55,762 nt of DNA from an uncultured Akkermansia sp. (GTDB lineage: Bacteria > Verrucomicrobiota > Verrucomicrobiia > Opitutales > Opitutaceae). The DNA lies in NCBI GenBank assembly GCA_964579225.1, contig CAZOGV010000001.1, positions 1 to 55,762 on the forward strand, written 5' to 3'. The position numbers and the translations under genes are program-made. Below the pieces are notes generated by a model that was not told the DNA's origin, searched no databases, and saw only the letters and a program-made list of their open reading frames with translations. This document shows, one piece after another, positions 41,204 through 51,108 of the stretch. Position 1 is the stretch's first letter. Each line of letters opens with the position of its first letter.

Positions 41204-41273
41204 CTTTACGGCCCGTTCAACAAAGAACGGTCTCGTTCTTTTCAGTCCAATGCATGCGTTTAGCGGCTTAGTC

Positions 41274-41348
41274 GCCGGTGTAGCTCAATGGTAGAGCACC
41301 TGTTTTGTAAACAGGCGGTTGCGGGTTCGAGTCCCATCGCCGGCTCCA
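41274..41348 (+). tRNA. tRNA-Thr (TGT)
   Basis: Acceptor GCCGGTG/CGCCGGC, loop TT-TGT-AA, encoded CCA. One mismatch in the T-stem. Confidence 0.93.
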
Positions 41349-41432
41349 GCCTTCGCCCTGCCAGCTTCGGCTGGCACGGCCAGTTGGAATCAAGGATCAG
41401 AACGTTAAACGCCAGCATCACCCCGTTTTCAC

Positions 41433-41506
41433 TGCTCGATGGTGTAATGGTAGCACAAGCGACTCTGACTCGCTTAGTCTAGGTTCGATCCCTAGTCGGG
41501 CAGCCA
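41433..41506 (+). tRNA. tRNA-Gln (CTG)
   Basis: Acceptor TGCTCGA/TCGGGCA, loop CT-CTG-AC, encoded CCA. Confidence 0.95.
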
Positions 41507-41512
41507 CTTTTG

Positions 41513-41546
41513 AAAGCCGTCTCTCGTCCGCGAGAGACGGCTTTTT
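41513..41546 (+). terminator. terminator of the tRNA cluster
   Basis: AAAGCCGTCTCTCG-loop-CGAGAGACGGCTTTTT. Confidence 0.9.
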
Positions 41547-41571
41547 CGTGCGCATTGAGCCCGCCGCCTGC

Positions 41572-41620
41572 TGTAGGCCAGACCGCTGGTCTAGCAACCC
41601 GACCACCGGTCGGGTCTACA
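41572..41620. repeat. GTAG-type REP doublet
   Basis: TGTAGGCCAGACC...AACCCGACCACCGGTCGGGTCTACA. The right half matches the insert inside rfbH (52724-52781). Confidence 0.8.
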
Positions 41621-41667
41621 CGCTTCCAGCTCCACCCGCTCTATCCGCTCTACCAGCTCTACCAGCT

Positions 41668-43200
41668 TCAAGAGCGCCGATCACGCTCCGCGTTTATCTC
41701 CACCCAGCGCGCCAACACCATCGCGAGCACCACGAAACAGGTCAGAATCGAGGCGTTCGAGAGCGGGAAATCCACCCACGCATGCGCCAGCGGCACCCCC
41801 AGTCCAAGGGCGAACAACAGATGCCCCGGATTGCTCCAAATCCGGTCGCGCAGAAGCCGCCACCCCAGCCACAGCAAGGCCAGCGCCGCGCACGCCGCCC
41901 CGAATATTCCCTTCTCCGCCAACAGCTGCACATGGTCATTATGCGCGTGGTCCCAATGCAGCGTAAACCTCCCCCGCTTATAAATCTGCGGATGGTGCTG
42001 CTGGAAGATCGGGAACGCATGCCGAAAGCTCCCCGCCCCCCACCCTGTCAGCGGCTTGGCCTCGAACATCTCCCAAGTCGCCTGCCGCGCGGTCACGCGA
42101 AACAGCACCTCCTGCGAATCCCGCTTCCCCAGCACATCCAAGGCCGAGTAGATAGCCTTGCGCACATCCAGAAACACCCCCGCCGCCACCACGAAAGCCA
42201 ACGCCGCGCCCGTGCTCACCAAAGTCAGCGTGCGATTGACCTCTCCCCGGATCAACAGCCGCCACACTACCGTCACCACCACCGCCACCGCCACGAAGCA
42301 CAGTAGCAACAACGCCGCCGCGCGCGAACCCCCGGTCAGCAACGAGCACCCCGCCGTGATCGCCGCCAGCACGTAGAGCGGGGCCGGCGTGCTTTTTTCC
42401 ATCCTCCTTACCCCGCGCGCATACCGCCAGAGTCCCATGCCCAGCGCCGCCACCACCACCAGATTCAAAAACGCTCCCGCGTGGTTGTCGTAAACGAAAC
42501 TCGCGTGAAAACCCGTCGCCGGCGAAGGCACGCTCCAAAAAATCTCCTTCGCGCCCGTCACCTTTTGCAGGATGCCCAGCAAAGCCAGCAAAGCCCCGCC
42601 GCCGATAAACATATTTAAAACCAACAACACCCCGCCCCGCCGCGTGATTCCCACCCACGCCGCACACACCGCCAGCCAGGCCGCCCCGTGAATCACCAAC
42701 ACCCGCCACGCGTTCATCCGCGCGAAAGGCGCATCCACCCCCGAAGGCAGCCACGCGATCGGCTCCACGAAATCCACCCGCCACCACAACGGCGTCGAGA
42801 CCAACACCGCCGCCGGATTCAGCGCCTGGCACACCACGAAACCGAAATAGACCAGCCCCAGCCAAAACAACGGAAACCGCACCAGCCGCCGCCACCCGCC
42901 CACCGGCGCCGCCCCCGCTCCCGCCCCCGACGCCTGCGCCGACGCGCCATCATCGCCTCCGCCGACCTCGGCCACGACACCGCGCCGCGCCGGAGCCAGC
43001 GCGAACACCACCGCCACCACGGCCAGCCCGAGCGCGATCCACTGCGCCCACACATTGCGCGAGCCAAACGCCCACGGCATAAACACCACCAACACCCCCA
43101 GCGTCACCGCCACCCCGCGCTCCCGCCCCGACAACGGCTCCTCCTCCTTGGCGCGATTGCCGGAGGCTGAAAAACGACGGGACGGCGGACGAGAAAACAT
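41668..43200 (-). CDS. O-antigen ligase/polymerase (Wzy_C) family membrane protein
   Basis: Many TM helices. SFVYDNHAG, GGSRAA, KPLTGWGAGSF, HAHND, HAWVDFP. Confidence 0.9.
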   Translation of the reverse strand: MFSRPPSRRFSASGNRAKEEEPLSGRERGVAVTLGVLVVFMPWAFGSRNVWAQWIALGLAVVAVVFALAPARRGVVAEVGGGDDGASAQASGAGAGAAPVGGWRRLVRFPLFWLGLVYFGFVVCQALNPAAVLVSTPLWWRVDFVEPIAWLPSGVDAPFARMNAWRVLVIHGAAWLAVCAAWVGITRRGGVLLVLNMFIGGGALLALLGILQKVTGAKEIFWSVPSPATGFHASFVYDNHAGAFLNLVVVAALGMGLWRYARGVRRMEKSTPAPLYVLAAITAGCSLLTGGSRAAALLLLCFVAVAVVVTVVWRLLIRGEVNRTLTLVSTGAALAFVVAAGVFLDVRKAIYSALDVLGKRDSQEVLFRVTARQATWEMFEAKPLTGWGAGSFRHAFPIFQQHHPQIYKRGRFTLHWDHAHNDHVQLLAEKGIFGAACAALALLWLGWRLLRDRIWSNPGHLLFALGLGVPLAHAWVDFPLSNASILTCFVVLAMVLARWVEINAERDRRS

Positions 43201-43290
43201 ATCGACGGACTCTCAACACCCCCGCGCGCCCCTGTCGAGCGGCGAGCCACACGCCCATCTAGCCACACCCGTGTTGGGAGTGCTCCGGGC

Positions 43291-43432
43291 GGGCGCGTCC
43301 CTGCGTCCGCTGGGTGGTCGGGCGCGTCCCTGCGCCCGCTGCTTATTCTAATGCGCGTTCAAATTGAGCCTCTGTGGGTAGGGACGGACCGCTGGGCCGT
43401 CCGCCCTGTCGGGCGCGTCCCTACGCCCGCTG
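43291..43432. repeat. three 22-bp direct repeats GGGCGCGTCCCTRCGYCCGCTG plus a REP unit
   Basis: Copies at 43291, 43320, 43411. REP at 43377-43403. Confidence 0.8.
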
Positions 43433-43562
43433 CTTAGAGCGCACGATTTCCAAACCACGGGCGGAGGGACCCGCCCATCCACCTTTAATCGGCCGATAAG
43501 CTCCCCGGGCTCTCCCCGGGCCCTCCCCTCTCCGCGAAAAAACCGCGCCGCGACCCAAAAAA

Positions 43563-43582
43563 AGTTCAAATTTAATTGAACT
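43563..43582. promoter_or_regulatory. candidate operator AGTTCAA-N6-TTGAACT
   Basis: Perfect 7-6-7 inverted repeat in an AT-rich patch upstream of the GbsR-like gene. Confidence 0.45.
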
Positions 43583-43974
43583 ATTCGAATCACCCCTTCT
43601 GGCTCGGTTCGTTTTTCGGACGCTTTGGCAACCGGCGACATACCCCTCTCGAACCCGCTTCGATTGCGCCCCCCCCCGCGGGACGTGATGGGGCGAAGCT
43701 CGGGAATCCCGCGAACCAATCCGCCAATCCCCGATCCATCTTAACCGCTAATGGACGGTGATTTACGCGAATAGATACCGTTAACACCCAGTTTTCACAG
43801 CTTCCCCTCCGTGCTCTCCGCGTCCTCCGTGGTTAAATACCCCGCCGCTTAACAGCTCGCGCCCAGCGCGCCCCGACCCGTCGGGGCTACCAGCTTACTA
43901 GCTCTACCAGCTTACCAGCCTGCCCTTCGTAGCCTTGGCGAAGTAGGGCTCTACTAGCTCTACCAGCTCCTTCC

Positions 43975-44493
43975 GTGGCCTCCTCCGAAACCTCCCCCGA
44001 CACCCCGGCCCCAAGCCTCGACGACTGCGAACGCGAAGTCGTCGCCATTTTTGTCGCCGTGGCCGATGTGCTCGGTTTTGCCCGCTCGCTCGGCGAGATT
44101 TACGGCCTCGCCTACATCTCGGACCGCCCCATCCACCTCGCCGAAGTCTGCGACCGCCTCCGCATGAGCAAAGGCTCCGCCAGCCAAGGCCTCCGCACCC
44201 TCCGCGACCTCGGCGCGCTCAAGCCCGTTTACGTGGCCGGCGACCGCCGCGACCACTTCGAGCCCGAGATAAAAATCCGCGTCCTGCTCCACCGCCTCCT
44301 CGCCGAACGCCTTCGCCCCCACCTCGACCGCAGCACCACCGCCCTGGATCAACTCCAGACCCGTGCCGACGCACCCGCCCCCCACCTCGACCCCGCCCGC
44401 CGCCGCTTCCGCCGCGACCGCGTCGCCCTCCTCGCCGCCTGGCAAAAACGCGTCTCTACGTTCCTCCCCCTAATCCAACGTATTCTTCGCTGA
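43975..44493 (+). CDS. GbsR/MarR-family transcriptional regulator
   Basis: LGFARSLGEIYGLAY, L.MSKGSASQGLR.L..LGA, GDRRDHF. Confidence 0.88.
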   Translation: MASSETSPDTPAPSLDDCEREVVAIFVAVADVLGFARSLGEIYGLAYISDRPIHLAEVCDRLRMSKGSASQGLRTLRDLGALKPVYVAGDRRDHFEPEIKIRVLLHRLLAERLRPHLDRSTTALDQLQTRADAPAPHLDPARRRFRRDRVALLAAWQKRVSTFLPLIQRILR

Positions 44494-44787
44494 TTTCCCC
44501 GTCCCTCCAAACCCGGCAATTTGACCACAGATCACACAGATTTCCACAGATAAACACCCCGAGCCTCTCGAACCATACTTCAATTGTAGCCACGGCTGCC
44601 CCCAGCCGTGCCAGCTCCTCCCCGCCTCCGTCATCTGCGCCCATCTGCGCCATCTGCGGTCAAAAAAATCCGGCATCTCCCCCACGGAGCGGCGACACTC
44701 CTGTCGCCGATTTCAGTCCCCCGCCCAAAGTTCACCCCGACCCGTCGAGGAAGCTTCAGCGGCCCCGCTCCTCCCCTTGCTTGACTA

Positions 44788-45507
44788 ATGACAAGCCCCA
44801 ACCACAACTCCCCCAATGAAAGGCCTGCCCAATTGGCATCAGGATTACGTGCGCTTTATCCAGGCGTCTCGCCGCAAATCGCCCTCATCGAGTTGGGCGA
44901 AGGCAAAGGAGCAGACCGATGCGATCTTAGCCGGCAAGAACAAGTTAGACTCCTGGAAAGCTGGCTCCGCGCCCAAGGCTTGTGTGTCCCCAAGTCGGTC
45001 CTTGAAACTGGTTTCGTAGGCGGCGGGGCCGAGCATGAAACATATTTTGATGTCGTCGGCCATGTTGCCATTAAAGTCACGCACGACGGACGTTTCGGAC
45101 ATTGCATGAGGGATGAGGGGGCGATTTCGACCCCCTTTGAGTATCTGCAAAGGCTTTCGTGGCATAACGAACTTTTCGGCGACGACCTGCAATTGCATGG
45201 ACTGTTATTAGGGTCGGCTGGGCTTCGACTGGTGACTTCGCAAAGCTGGGTGATTTCTCACCCGGCTAAACTCAGCCCCACGCAAGCTGAGATAGATGCG
45301 TTTTTGAATGAGTTTAGTTTTCGACGTATTGCCGCCTATCCCGATGGATTCATTTATTTCAATATCGAGTCCGGGTTGGTGATCGGAGACGCACAACCCG
45401 CCAATCTCCTCCTGGATCAGGACGGGGTCATCCGTCCTATAGACCTGGTGATAGGTGCGCCCAGTGATGCGTTTCGTATGCGTTTGCTTGCCGAGCAAAC
45501 GCCTTAA
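44788..45507 (+). CDS. stand-alone PolyVal-type Ser/Thr/Tyr kinase-like protein
   Basis: GGAEH..Y, AIK, TP.EYLQRL..HN.LFGD, LVTSQ, GDAQPANLL, IRPID. Lower GC than the core genes. Confidence 0.7.
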   Translation: MTSPNHNSPNERPAQLASGLRALYPGVSPQIALIELGEGKGADRCDLSRQEQVRLLESWLRAQGLCVPKSVLETGFVGGGAEHETYFDVVGHVAIKVTHDGRFGHCMRDEGAISTPFEYLQRLSWHNELFGDDLQLHGLLLGSAGLRLVTSQSWVISHPAKLSPTQAEIDAFLNEFSFRRIAAYPDGFIYFNIESGLVIGDAQPANLLLDQDGVIRPIDLVIGAPSDAFRMRLLAEQTP

Positions 45508-45771
45508 TCACCCCCCCAAAGGAGCGGCGACACTCCTGTCGCCGATTTGAACCCGGAGAATTAACCCCAGATCACGCAGATTCCCGCGGATAAAACCCAA
45601 TTCAGCCGCAGAAGATCGACAGAAGATAACGAAGCAAAGAAAGGCGTGGCTAAGCACCTATTTCCAAACCTCCGCTCCCTTTCTTACCTCTTGTAAAAAA
45701 AGGTATTAAATCCCAATCCCTGGTTCTTCGACGTTTCCAGTGGGTAGGGGCTCACAGTGCCCGAATCCGAT

Positions 45772-45969
45772 GTAGCGGAAGCGCGGAGCGCTTTCGTCCG
45801 GAGGGTTTGCCGGCCACGAAATGACTCCGTCATTCCGCTACGCTTAAAGTCACAGGAAACATCGGCTAGCACCGCATGGTGCCTTCGTTCCGAACGTAGC
45901 GGAAACGCGGAGCGGTTTCGTTCGGATAATGCATCGGCCACGAAATCCCGCCGCGCGGGATTCCGCTAC
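45772..45969. repeat. two tandem GTAGCGGAA-family REP doublets
   Basis: 45772-45841 and 45895-45969, each GTAGCGGAA...TTCCGCTAC. Confidence 0.85.
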
Positions 45970-46183
45970 ACTCTACCCACCCACTGGAAACAGCGAAGAA
46001 CCCAATCCCTCACTCCCTGTCACTCACTCCCGTCTCCCCCTCCCCCATTCGCGTCCATTCGCGTCCATTAGCGGTCAAAAAAGCTCCGGAAAATTTAACC
46101 ACAGATTACACAGATTTCCGCAGATAAAACCACCCGGTCAGTCAGCCCAAAAAACCGATTCCATGGAACAACCTCAACCAGCC

Positions 46184-46408
46184 ATGAAGAGTAAATCCAC
46201 TGATCCCATTATGGCTGAGGCGCATGCAGTCAAAGACGCCATCTCGGCGGAGTTTAATTACGATATCGACGCACTTTGCCGACATATGCGCGCCGTGGGA
46301 AAGTCCATCGCCGCCAACCAAACACAACCGGCCCCGCAAGCGGCAAATCCGAGCCAAGCCAAAACCCCAAAGCATCGCGCCAAAAGGCTTTGTAAACTTC
46401 GTGGTTAA
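46184..46408 (+). CDS. small protein, orphan paralog of the PIN-downstream partner
   Basis: TDPIMAEAHAVKDAISAEFNYD, similar to 51585-51791, 54287-54520 and 54723-54950. Confidence 0.75.
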   Translation: MKSKSTDPIMAEAHAVKDAISAEFNYDIDALCRHMRAVGKSIAANQTQPAPQAANPSQAKTPKHRAKRLCKLRG

Positions 46409-46574
46409 ATACTCCACCGTTCAACAGCTCGCGCCTCCGCGCACCCCGACTCGTCGAGGCTAATCCAGCGCATACTACGCTAATCCAAGGAGAGTCGACA
46501 CTCATGCCGCAAAGATCGACATGAATTACCCCAACTACAGCCCGACTCTCCCACATACTCCTGGAATCCGTTAA

Positions 46575-46814
<240 letters not shown>

Positions 46815-46949
46815 GTTTTCGTCACGGAGGGCACCCGTCGGGGCTCCGGCGTAGGGGCTTCGCTTGCGAAGACCGACCCGCGTCACACAGTTTATCCCGA
46901 CCTATCGGAGCTCCATCAACTCCATCCGCTTTGCTCCGCCCTGTCCCTC

Positions 46950-47510
46950 ATGGAACTCCATAACGCAATATGCCAGCTAATCACCCGCCTTGACGGGGCC
47001 GGGCTGCGCTATGCCGTGATCGGGGGCATGGCGATGGCGATGCGAGGCGTGCAACGAGCCACCTTTGATTTGGACTTCCTGCTCATGCTGGACGACATGG
47101 ACCCGGCGCGCGAAATTTTGACCGAGGCAGGCTATGCGTGCGTGTTTCAGTCCGACAATGTTTCGCATTTCCAGAAGCAAGGTGGCGCCTTGGCGCGGGT
47201 CGATGTTCTGCACGCCTTTCGAGGTCCCAGCCTTTCCATGTTGAAGCGCGCCGAGCGTATGCCCTTGAGCGAAGCCTCCTGTCTCGTTCCGGTGGCGCGA
47301 ATCGAGGACCTGATCGGCCTAAAAGTGCAGGCCGCGAGCAACGATCCCGCTCGCTCGCCCGGTGACTGGAGCGATATCTATCGGTTGGTTATGCATACCG
47401 CCGAACAAGGCCAGCCCTTGGACTGGGCGCTTTTGGAGGACTACCTGATTATCTTCGAAGCCGAGGCCAAGCTAAGCGAACTCAAGGCACTCTATGAACG
47501 TCATCTCTGA
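46950..47510 (+). CDS. nucleotidyltransferase-fold protein
   Basis: YAVIGGMAM..RG..RATFDLDFL, VDVL, EDLIGLK..A......D..DI. Confidence 0.82.
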   Translation: MELHNAICQLITRLDGAGLRYAVIGGMAMAMRGVQRATFDLDFLLMLDDMDPAREILTEAGYACVFQSDNVSHFQKQGGALARVDVLHAFRGPSLSMLKRAERMPLSEASCLVPVARIEDLIGLKVQAASNDPARSPGDWSDIYRLVMHTAEQGQPLDWALLEDYLIIFEAEAKLSELKALYERHL

Positions 47511-47691
47511 GGGAGAAAAAGATCAACTTCTGGAAGGCAGCGTTCGCCTCGTCCCAAAAGAGGGCGTGCGACGACCGCCATCAGCCCCGGTTTTGCCCAT
47601 GCCTGAGTTTTTACGGCAAGTGGAGCAATGGGCGAAGCTCTTCCCGCAACCCGTGCGCGAGCCCGCCCGCGGCGACAACTGGAAGCTCTAG
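47494..47691 (+). CDS. small hypothetical protein overlapping the nucleotidyltransferase gene
   Basis: 65 aa with a 17-nt overlap. Ends ..GDNWKL. Confidence 0.55.
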   Translation: MNVISEGEKDQLLEGSVRLVPKEGVRRPPSAPVLPMPEFLRQVEQWAKLFPQPVREPARGDNWKL

Positions 47692-47744
47692 GCGCTGTCT
47701 TCAAAATAGGCCGATGCTCCGTGAGAGTAAAACCAAGCTCGGCC

Positions 47745-48562
47745 ACCCTTGGGCGGCTCTGCCCAAAGCCGCCCGATCCACCTTGGCCAAGGCCCTGCGC
47801 GATCACCTTCAAACCGGCGGGTTCCCCGAGGCGCAGGGCGCGTCTCCCCGCGACCGCGTCGCCCTTCTGCGCAGTTACGTCGATGTCGCTCTTTTGCGCG
47901 ACGTGATCGAGCGCCACGCCGTCTCCAATCCCACCGCCCTGCGCTGGATGCTCCGCCACCTGCTCTCCGCGCCCGCCGCCCCCTTTAGCGCGCAGAAATT
48001 CTACGACGCCCTGCGTTCCCAAGGCATACCCGTGAGCAAGGATACCGTGCATGCCTACCTCGCCCACCTGGAAGACGCCTTTCTGGTGCGCACCCTTCAC
48101 CTGCACTCCGCCTCCGAACGCCAGCGCAGGGTCAACCCCCGCAAAGCCTACCCCATCGATCCCGGCCTCATCCCGCTCTACGAACGCTCCGGCCGCGCCA
48201 AACTCGGCCAGTCCTTGGAGACCGCCGTCATGCTCGAACCGGAGCGACGCGGCGCGGAACTCGGCTACCTCCGCACTCCCTCCGGCCACGAAGTGGACTT
48301 CCACGCCCGCCTGCCCGATGGCCGCACCACCCTCGTGCAAGTCTGCGCCGATCTCGCCGATCCAGCCACCTTGGAACGCGAAGTCCGCGCCTTGGCCGAA
48401 GCCCGGATCGAGCACCCGGAAGCCCAGCCCCTCCTCATCACCTTGGACGAACAAGCCCCCGCCCACCTGCCCGAGGGCCTGCACGAGCAACCCGCCGTTC
48501 GCTGGCTCCTCGAAGAGGACCCTGTCGCCGACGACACCGCGGCCACACCAGAGAAAAAGTAA
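47745..48562 (+). pseudogene. 5'-truncated AAA+/DUF4143 ATPase
   Basis: GGFPE, RDVIERH, YL..LEDAFL, NPRKAYPID, EVDF, VQVC are present. No Walker A/B upstream. Confidence 0.8.
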
Positions 48563-48589
48563 GAGAAAGCCCCCAGCCCCACCCCAGCC

Positions 48590-48842
48590 CACCCCGACTC
48601 GTCAGGGCTACCAGCTTACTAGCTTACCAGCCTGCCCTTCGTAGCTTCAGCAAAGTAGGGCTATACCAGCTTACTAGCTTCTCCCCCGTCCTCCCCCTTA
48701 GACTCACGTCCAAGCCTACCCGCGTCCCACGCTCTACTAGCTTACCAGCCTGCCCGAAGTTCACCCCGACAAGTCGGGGAAGCCTTGGCGAAGTAGGAGC
48801 CCGCCCTTCGTAGCTTTAGCGAAGTAGGGCTCTACCAGCTTA
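48590..48842. repeat. mosaic of TAC(C/T)AGCT tandem repeats with nested hairpin elements
   Basis: Same mosaic at 43855-43970, 51892-52013 and 55182-55232, each directly upstream of a start codon. Confidence 0.85.
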
Positions 48843-48894
48843 ACAGCCCTTCCCCTCATTTCACCCTCCCCTCCAGCCCCCTCAATAACCCTCC

Positions 48895-49665
48895 ATGAAA
48901 GCAGTCATCCTAGCCGGCGGCCTTGGCACGCGCATCAGCGAAGAAACCCACCTCAAACCCAAGCCCATGGTCGAGATCGGCGGTAAGCCCATCCTCTGGC
49001 ATGTGATGAAAATCTATTCCGCGCACGGGATAAACGACTTCGTCATCTGCGCCGGTTACAAGGGCTACGTCATCAAGGAATACTTCGCCAACTACTTCCT
49101 CCACATGTCCGACGTCACCTTCGACATGAAAGACAACCACATGGAGGTCCATCATCGCCGCTCGGAGCCGTGGCGCGTCACCATCGCCGACACCGGCGAA
49201 GCCACCATGACCGGCGGCCGCTTGAAGCGCGTCCGCGAGTTCCTCGACGACGAAGCATTCTGCTTCACCTACGGCGACGGCGTGGGCGATGTGAACATCA
49301 CCGAATCCATCGCCTTCCATAAACGCGAAGGCCGCAAAGCCACCCTCACCGGCGTGCAACCCCCCGGCCGCTTCGGTGCACTGGAAATCGAAGGCCACGC
49401 AGTCAAAAGCTTTCAAGAAAAGCCCGACGGCGACGGCAGTTGGATCAATGGCGGCTTCTTTGTTCTCGAGCCTTCGGTCATCGACCTCATCGACGCCGAT
49501 TCCACCATCTGGGAGCGCAAGCCCCTCGAAGCCCTGGCCAAGGAAAACCAACTGAGCATCTACAAACACTCCGGCTTCTGGCAGCCCATGGATACCCTTC
49601 GCGACAAACAGCTCCTCGAAGATCTTTGGGCCGCCAACAAAGCCCCCTGGCACAAACGCGACTGA
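48895..49665 (+). CDS. rfbF: glucose-1-phosphate cytidylyltransferase
   Basis: [51 protein letters not shown]. Confidence 0.97.
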   Translation: MKAVILAGGLGTRISEETHLKPKPMVEIGGKPILWHVMKIYSAHGINDFVICAGYKGYVIKEYFANYFLHMSDVTFDMKDNHMEVHHRRSEPWRVTIADTGEATMTGGRLKRVREFLDDEAFCFTYGDGVGDVNITESIAFHKREGRKATLTGVQPPGRFGALEIEGHAVKSFQEKPDGDGSWINGGFFVLEPSVIDLIDADSTIWERKPLEALAKENQLSIYKHSGFWQPMDTLRDKQLLEDLWAANKAPWHKRD

Positions 49666-49684
49666 AGCCCCATCACGCTAGTCG

Positions 49685-49746
49685 GGTAGGCTTGATCGTG
49701 AGATCAAGTTCCCCTTCCCCCACTTGGACTCACGTCCAAGCCTACC
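49685..49746. repeat. GTAG-type REP doublet
   Basis: GGTAGGCTTGA...TCCAAGCCTACC. The right unit is also at about 48698-48720. Confidence 0.8.
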
Positions 49747-49820
49747 AAGCGAGATAGCCCACCCAAAACAGCGCCGAAGCACACCCCTAACCCCTCGGTG
49801 ATAAATTTCGCCTCAATCGA

Positions 49821-51092
49821 ATGAGTTCCCAGACCTCTCACCCCCTCAACCCCTCAACCCTTCAACCGCAGCACGCCTTCGGCGGCTGCTACGCTGGCAA
49901 ACGCGTTCTCCTCACCGGCCACACCGGGTTTAAAGGCTCTTGGCTCGCCGAGTGGCTCCTCGCCCTCGGCGCCGAGGTCACCGGCTTCGCCCTGCCCCCG
50001 CCCACCTCACCCTCGCTCTTCGCCCAACTCGGCCTCGCCTCGCGCCTCGTCCATATCGAAGGCGATGTGCGCGACCTCGCCGCCGTTCGCGCCGCCCTCG
50101 CCGCCGCCCGCCCCGACTTCGTCTTCCACCTCGCCGCCCAGCCCCTCGTCCGTCTCTCCTACGAGCAGCCCACCGAAACCTTCGCGACCAACGTCATGGG
50201 CACGGCCAACATGCTCGAAGCCGTTCGCCTTGCCGCCGATCCCGCGCACCCTATCGCCGTCGTCGCCATCACCACCGACAAATGCTACCAAAACCGCGAA
50301 TGGGTGCATAGCTACCGCGAAGAAGACCCCATGGGCGGCCACGATCCCTACAGCGCCTCGAAAGGCGCGGCCGAGATCGTCATCGCCTCCTATCGCGACT
50401 CCTACTTCTCCGCGCCCGACAGCCCCGTGCGCCTTGCCTCCGCTCGCGCCGGCAACGTCATCGGCGGTGGCGACTGGGCCCTGGATCGCATCGTCCCGGA
50501 CTGCATCCGCTCTCTCGCCCAAGGCGCCGCCATCCCCGTGCGCAACAAGGTGGCCACCCGTCCCTGGCAACACGTCCTTGAACCGCTCTCCGGCTACCTC
50601 TGGCTCGGTGCCGCGCTCGCCGCCCGTAGCGGAAGCGCGGACGCGCTTTCGGGTTTGGGAGAGAATCGAAACGAGTCCCTCGTTCCGCCACGCGCCTTTC
50701 CCTACCCGCCTTCGACCTACGCCTCCCCCTTTAATTTCGGACCCGCCCTCGCTTCCAACCGCACCGTCGCCGAACTCGTGAAGGAAATCCTCAAAAACTG
50801 GCCCGGCCAATGGGAGGACAAGAGCGACCCGCACGCCCCCCACGAAGCCAAGCTCCTCAACCTCGCCACCGACAAAGCCCACCACTTCCTCGGCTGGTCC
50901 CCCGCCTGGCCATTCGCCGAAACCATCGCCCGCACGATCGAGTGGTATCGTGTAGCCACGACCGTCCCGGCCGTGCCCCACGCGCCCGAGACGGGCGCGG
51001 CTACATCCCCCGACATCCACTCCCTCACCACCGGCCAGATCACCGCCTACACCGAGTCCGCCCGCGCCGTCGGCCTCGCGTGGGCGCGCTGA
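49821..51092 (+). CDS. rfbG: CDP-glucose 4,6-dehydratase (with two in-frame palindromic inserts)
   Basis: TGHTGFKGSW, HLAAQPLVR, TTDKCY, YSASK, RAGNVIGGGDW, RPWQHVLEP. Confidence 0.96.
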   Translation: MSSQTSHPLNPSTLQPQHAFGGCYAGKRVLLTGHTGFKGSWLAEWLLALGAEVTGFALPPPTSPSLFAQLGLASRLVHIEGDVRDLAAVRAALAAARPDFVFHLAAQPLVRLSYEQPTETFATNVMGTANMLEAVRLAADPAHPIAVVAITTDKCYQNREWVHSYREEDPMGGHDPYSASKGAAEIVIASYRDSYFSAPDSPVRLASARAGNVIGGGDWALDRIVPDCIRSLAQGAAIPVRNKVATRPWQHVLEPLSGYLWLGAALAARSGSADALSGLGENRNESLVPPRAFPYPPSTYASPFNFGPALASNRTVAELVKEILKNWPGQWEDKSDPHAPHEAKLLNLATDKAHHFLGWSPAWPFAETIARTIEWYRVATTVPAVPHAPETGAATSPDIHSLTTGQITAYTESARAVGLAWAR

Positions 51093-51108
51093 ATGATTCA
51101 CCCCAACC

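Noticed and set aside
41433-41506. tRNA-anchored integrative island
   Set aside because: No integrase and no duplicated tRNA 3' end found downstream in the window.
43738-46410. Integron attC sites (..TAAC / GTTAAAT)
   Set aside because: Only some termini fit RYYYAAC/GTTRRRY, one pair encloses a gene rather than following it, and there is no intI. The resemblance may be coincidental.
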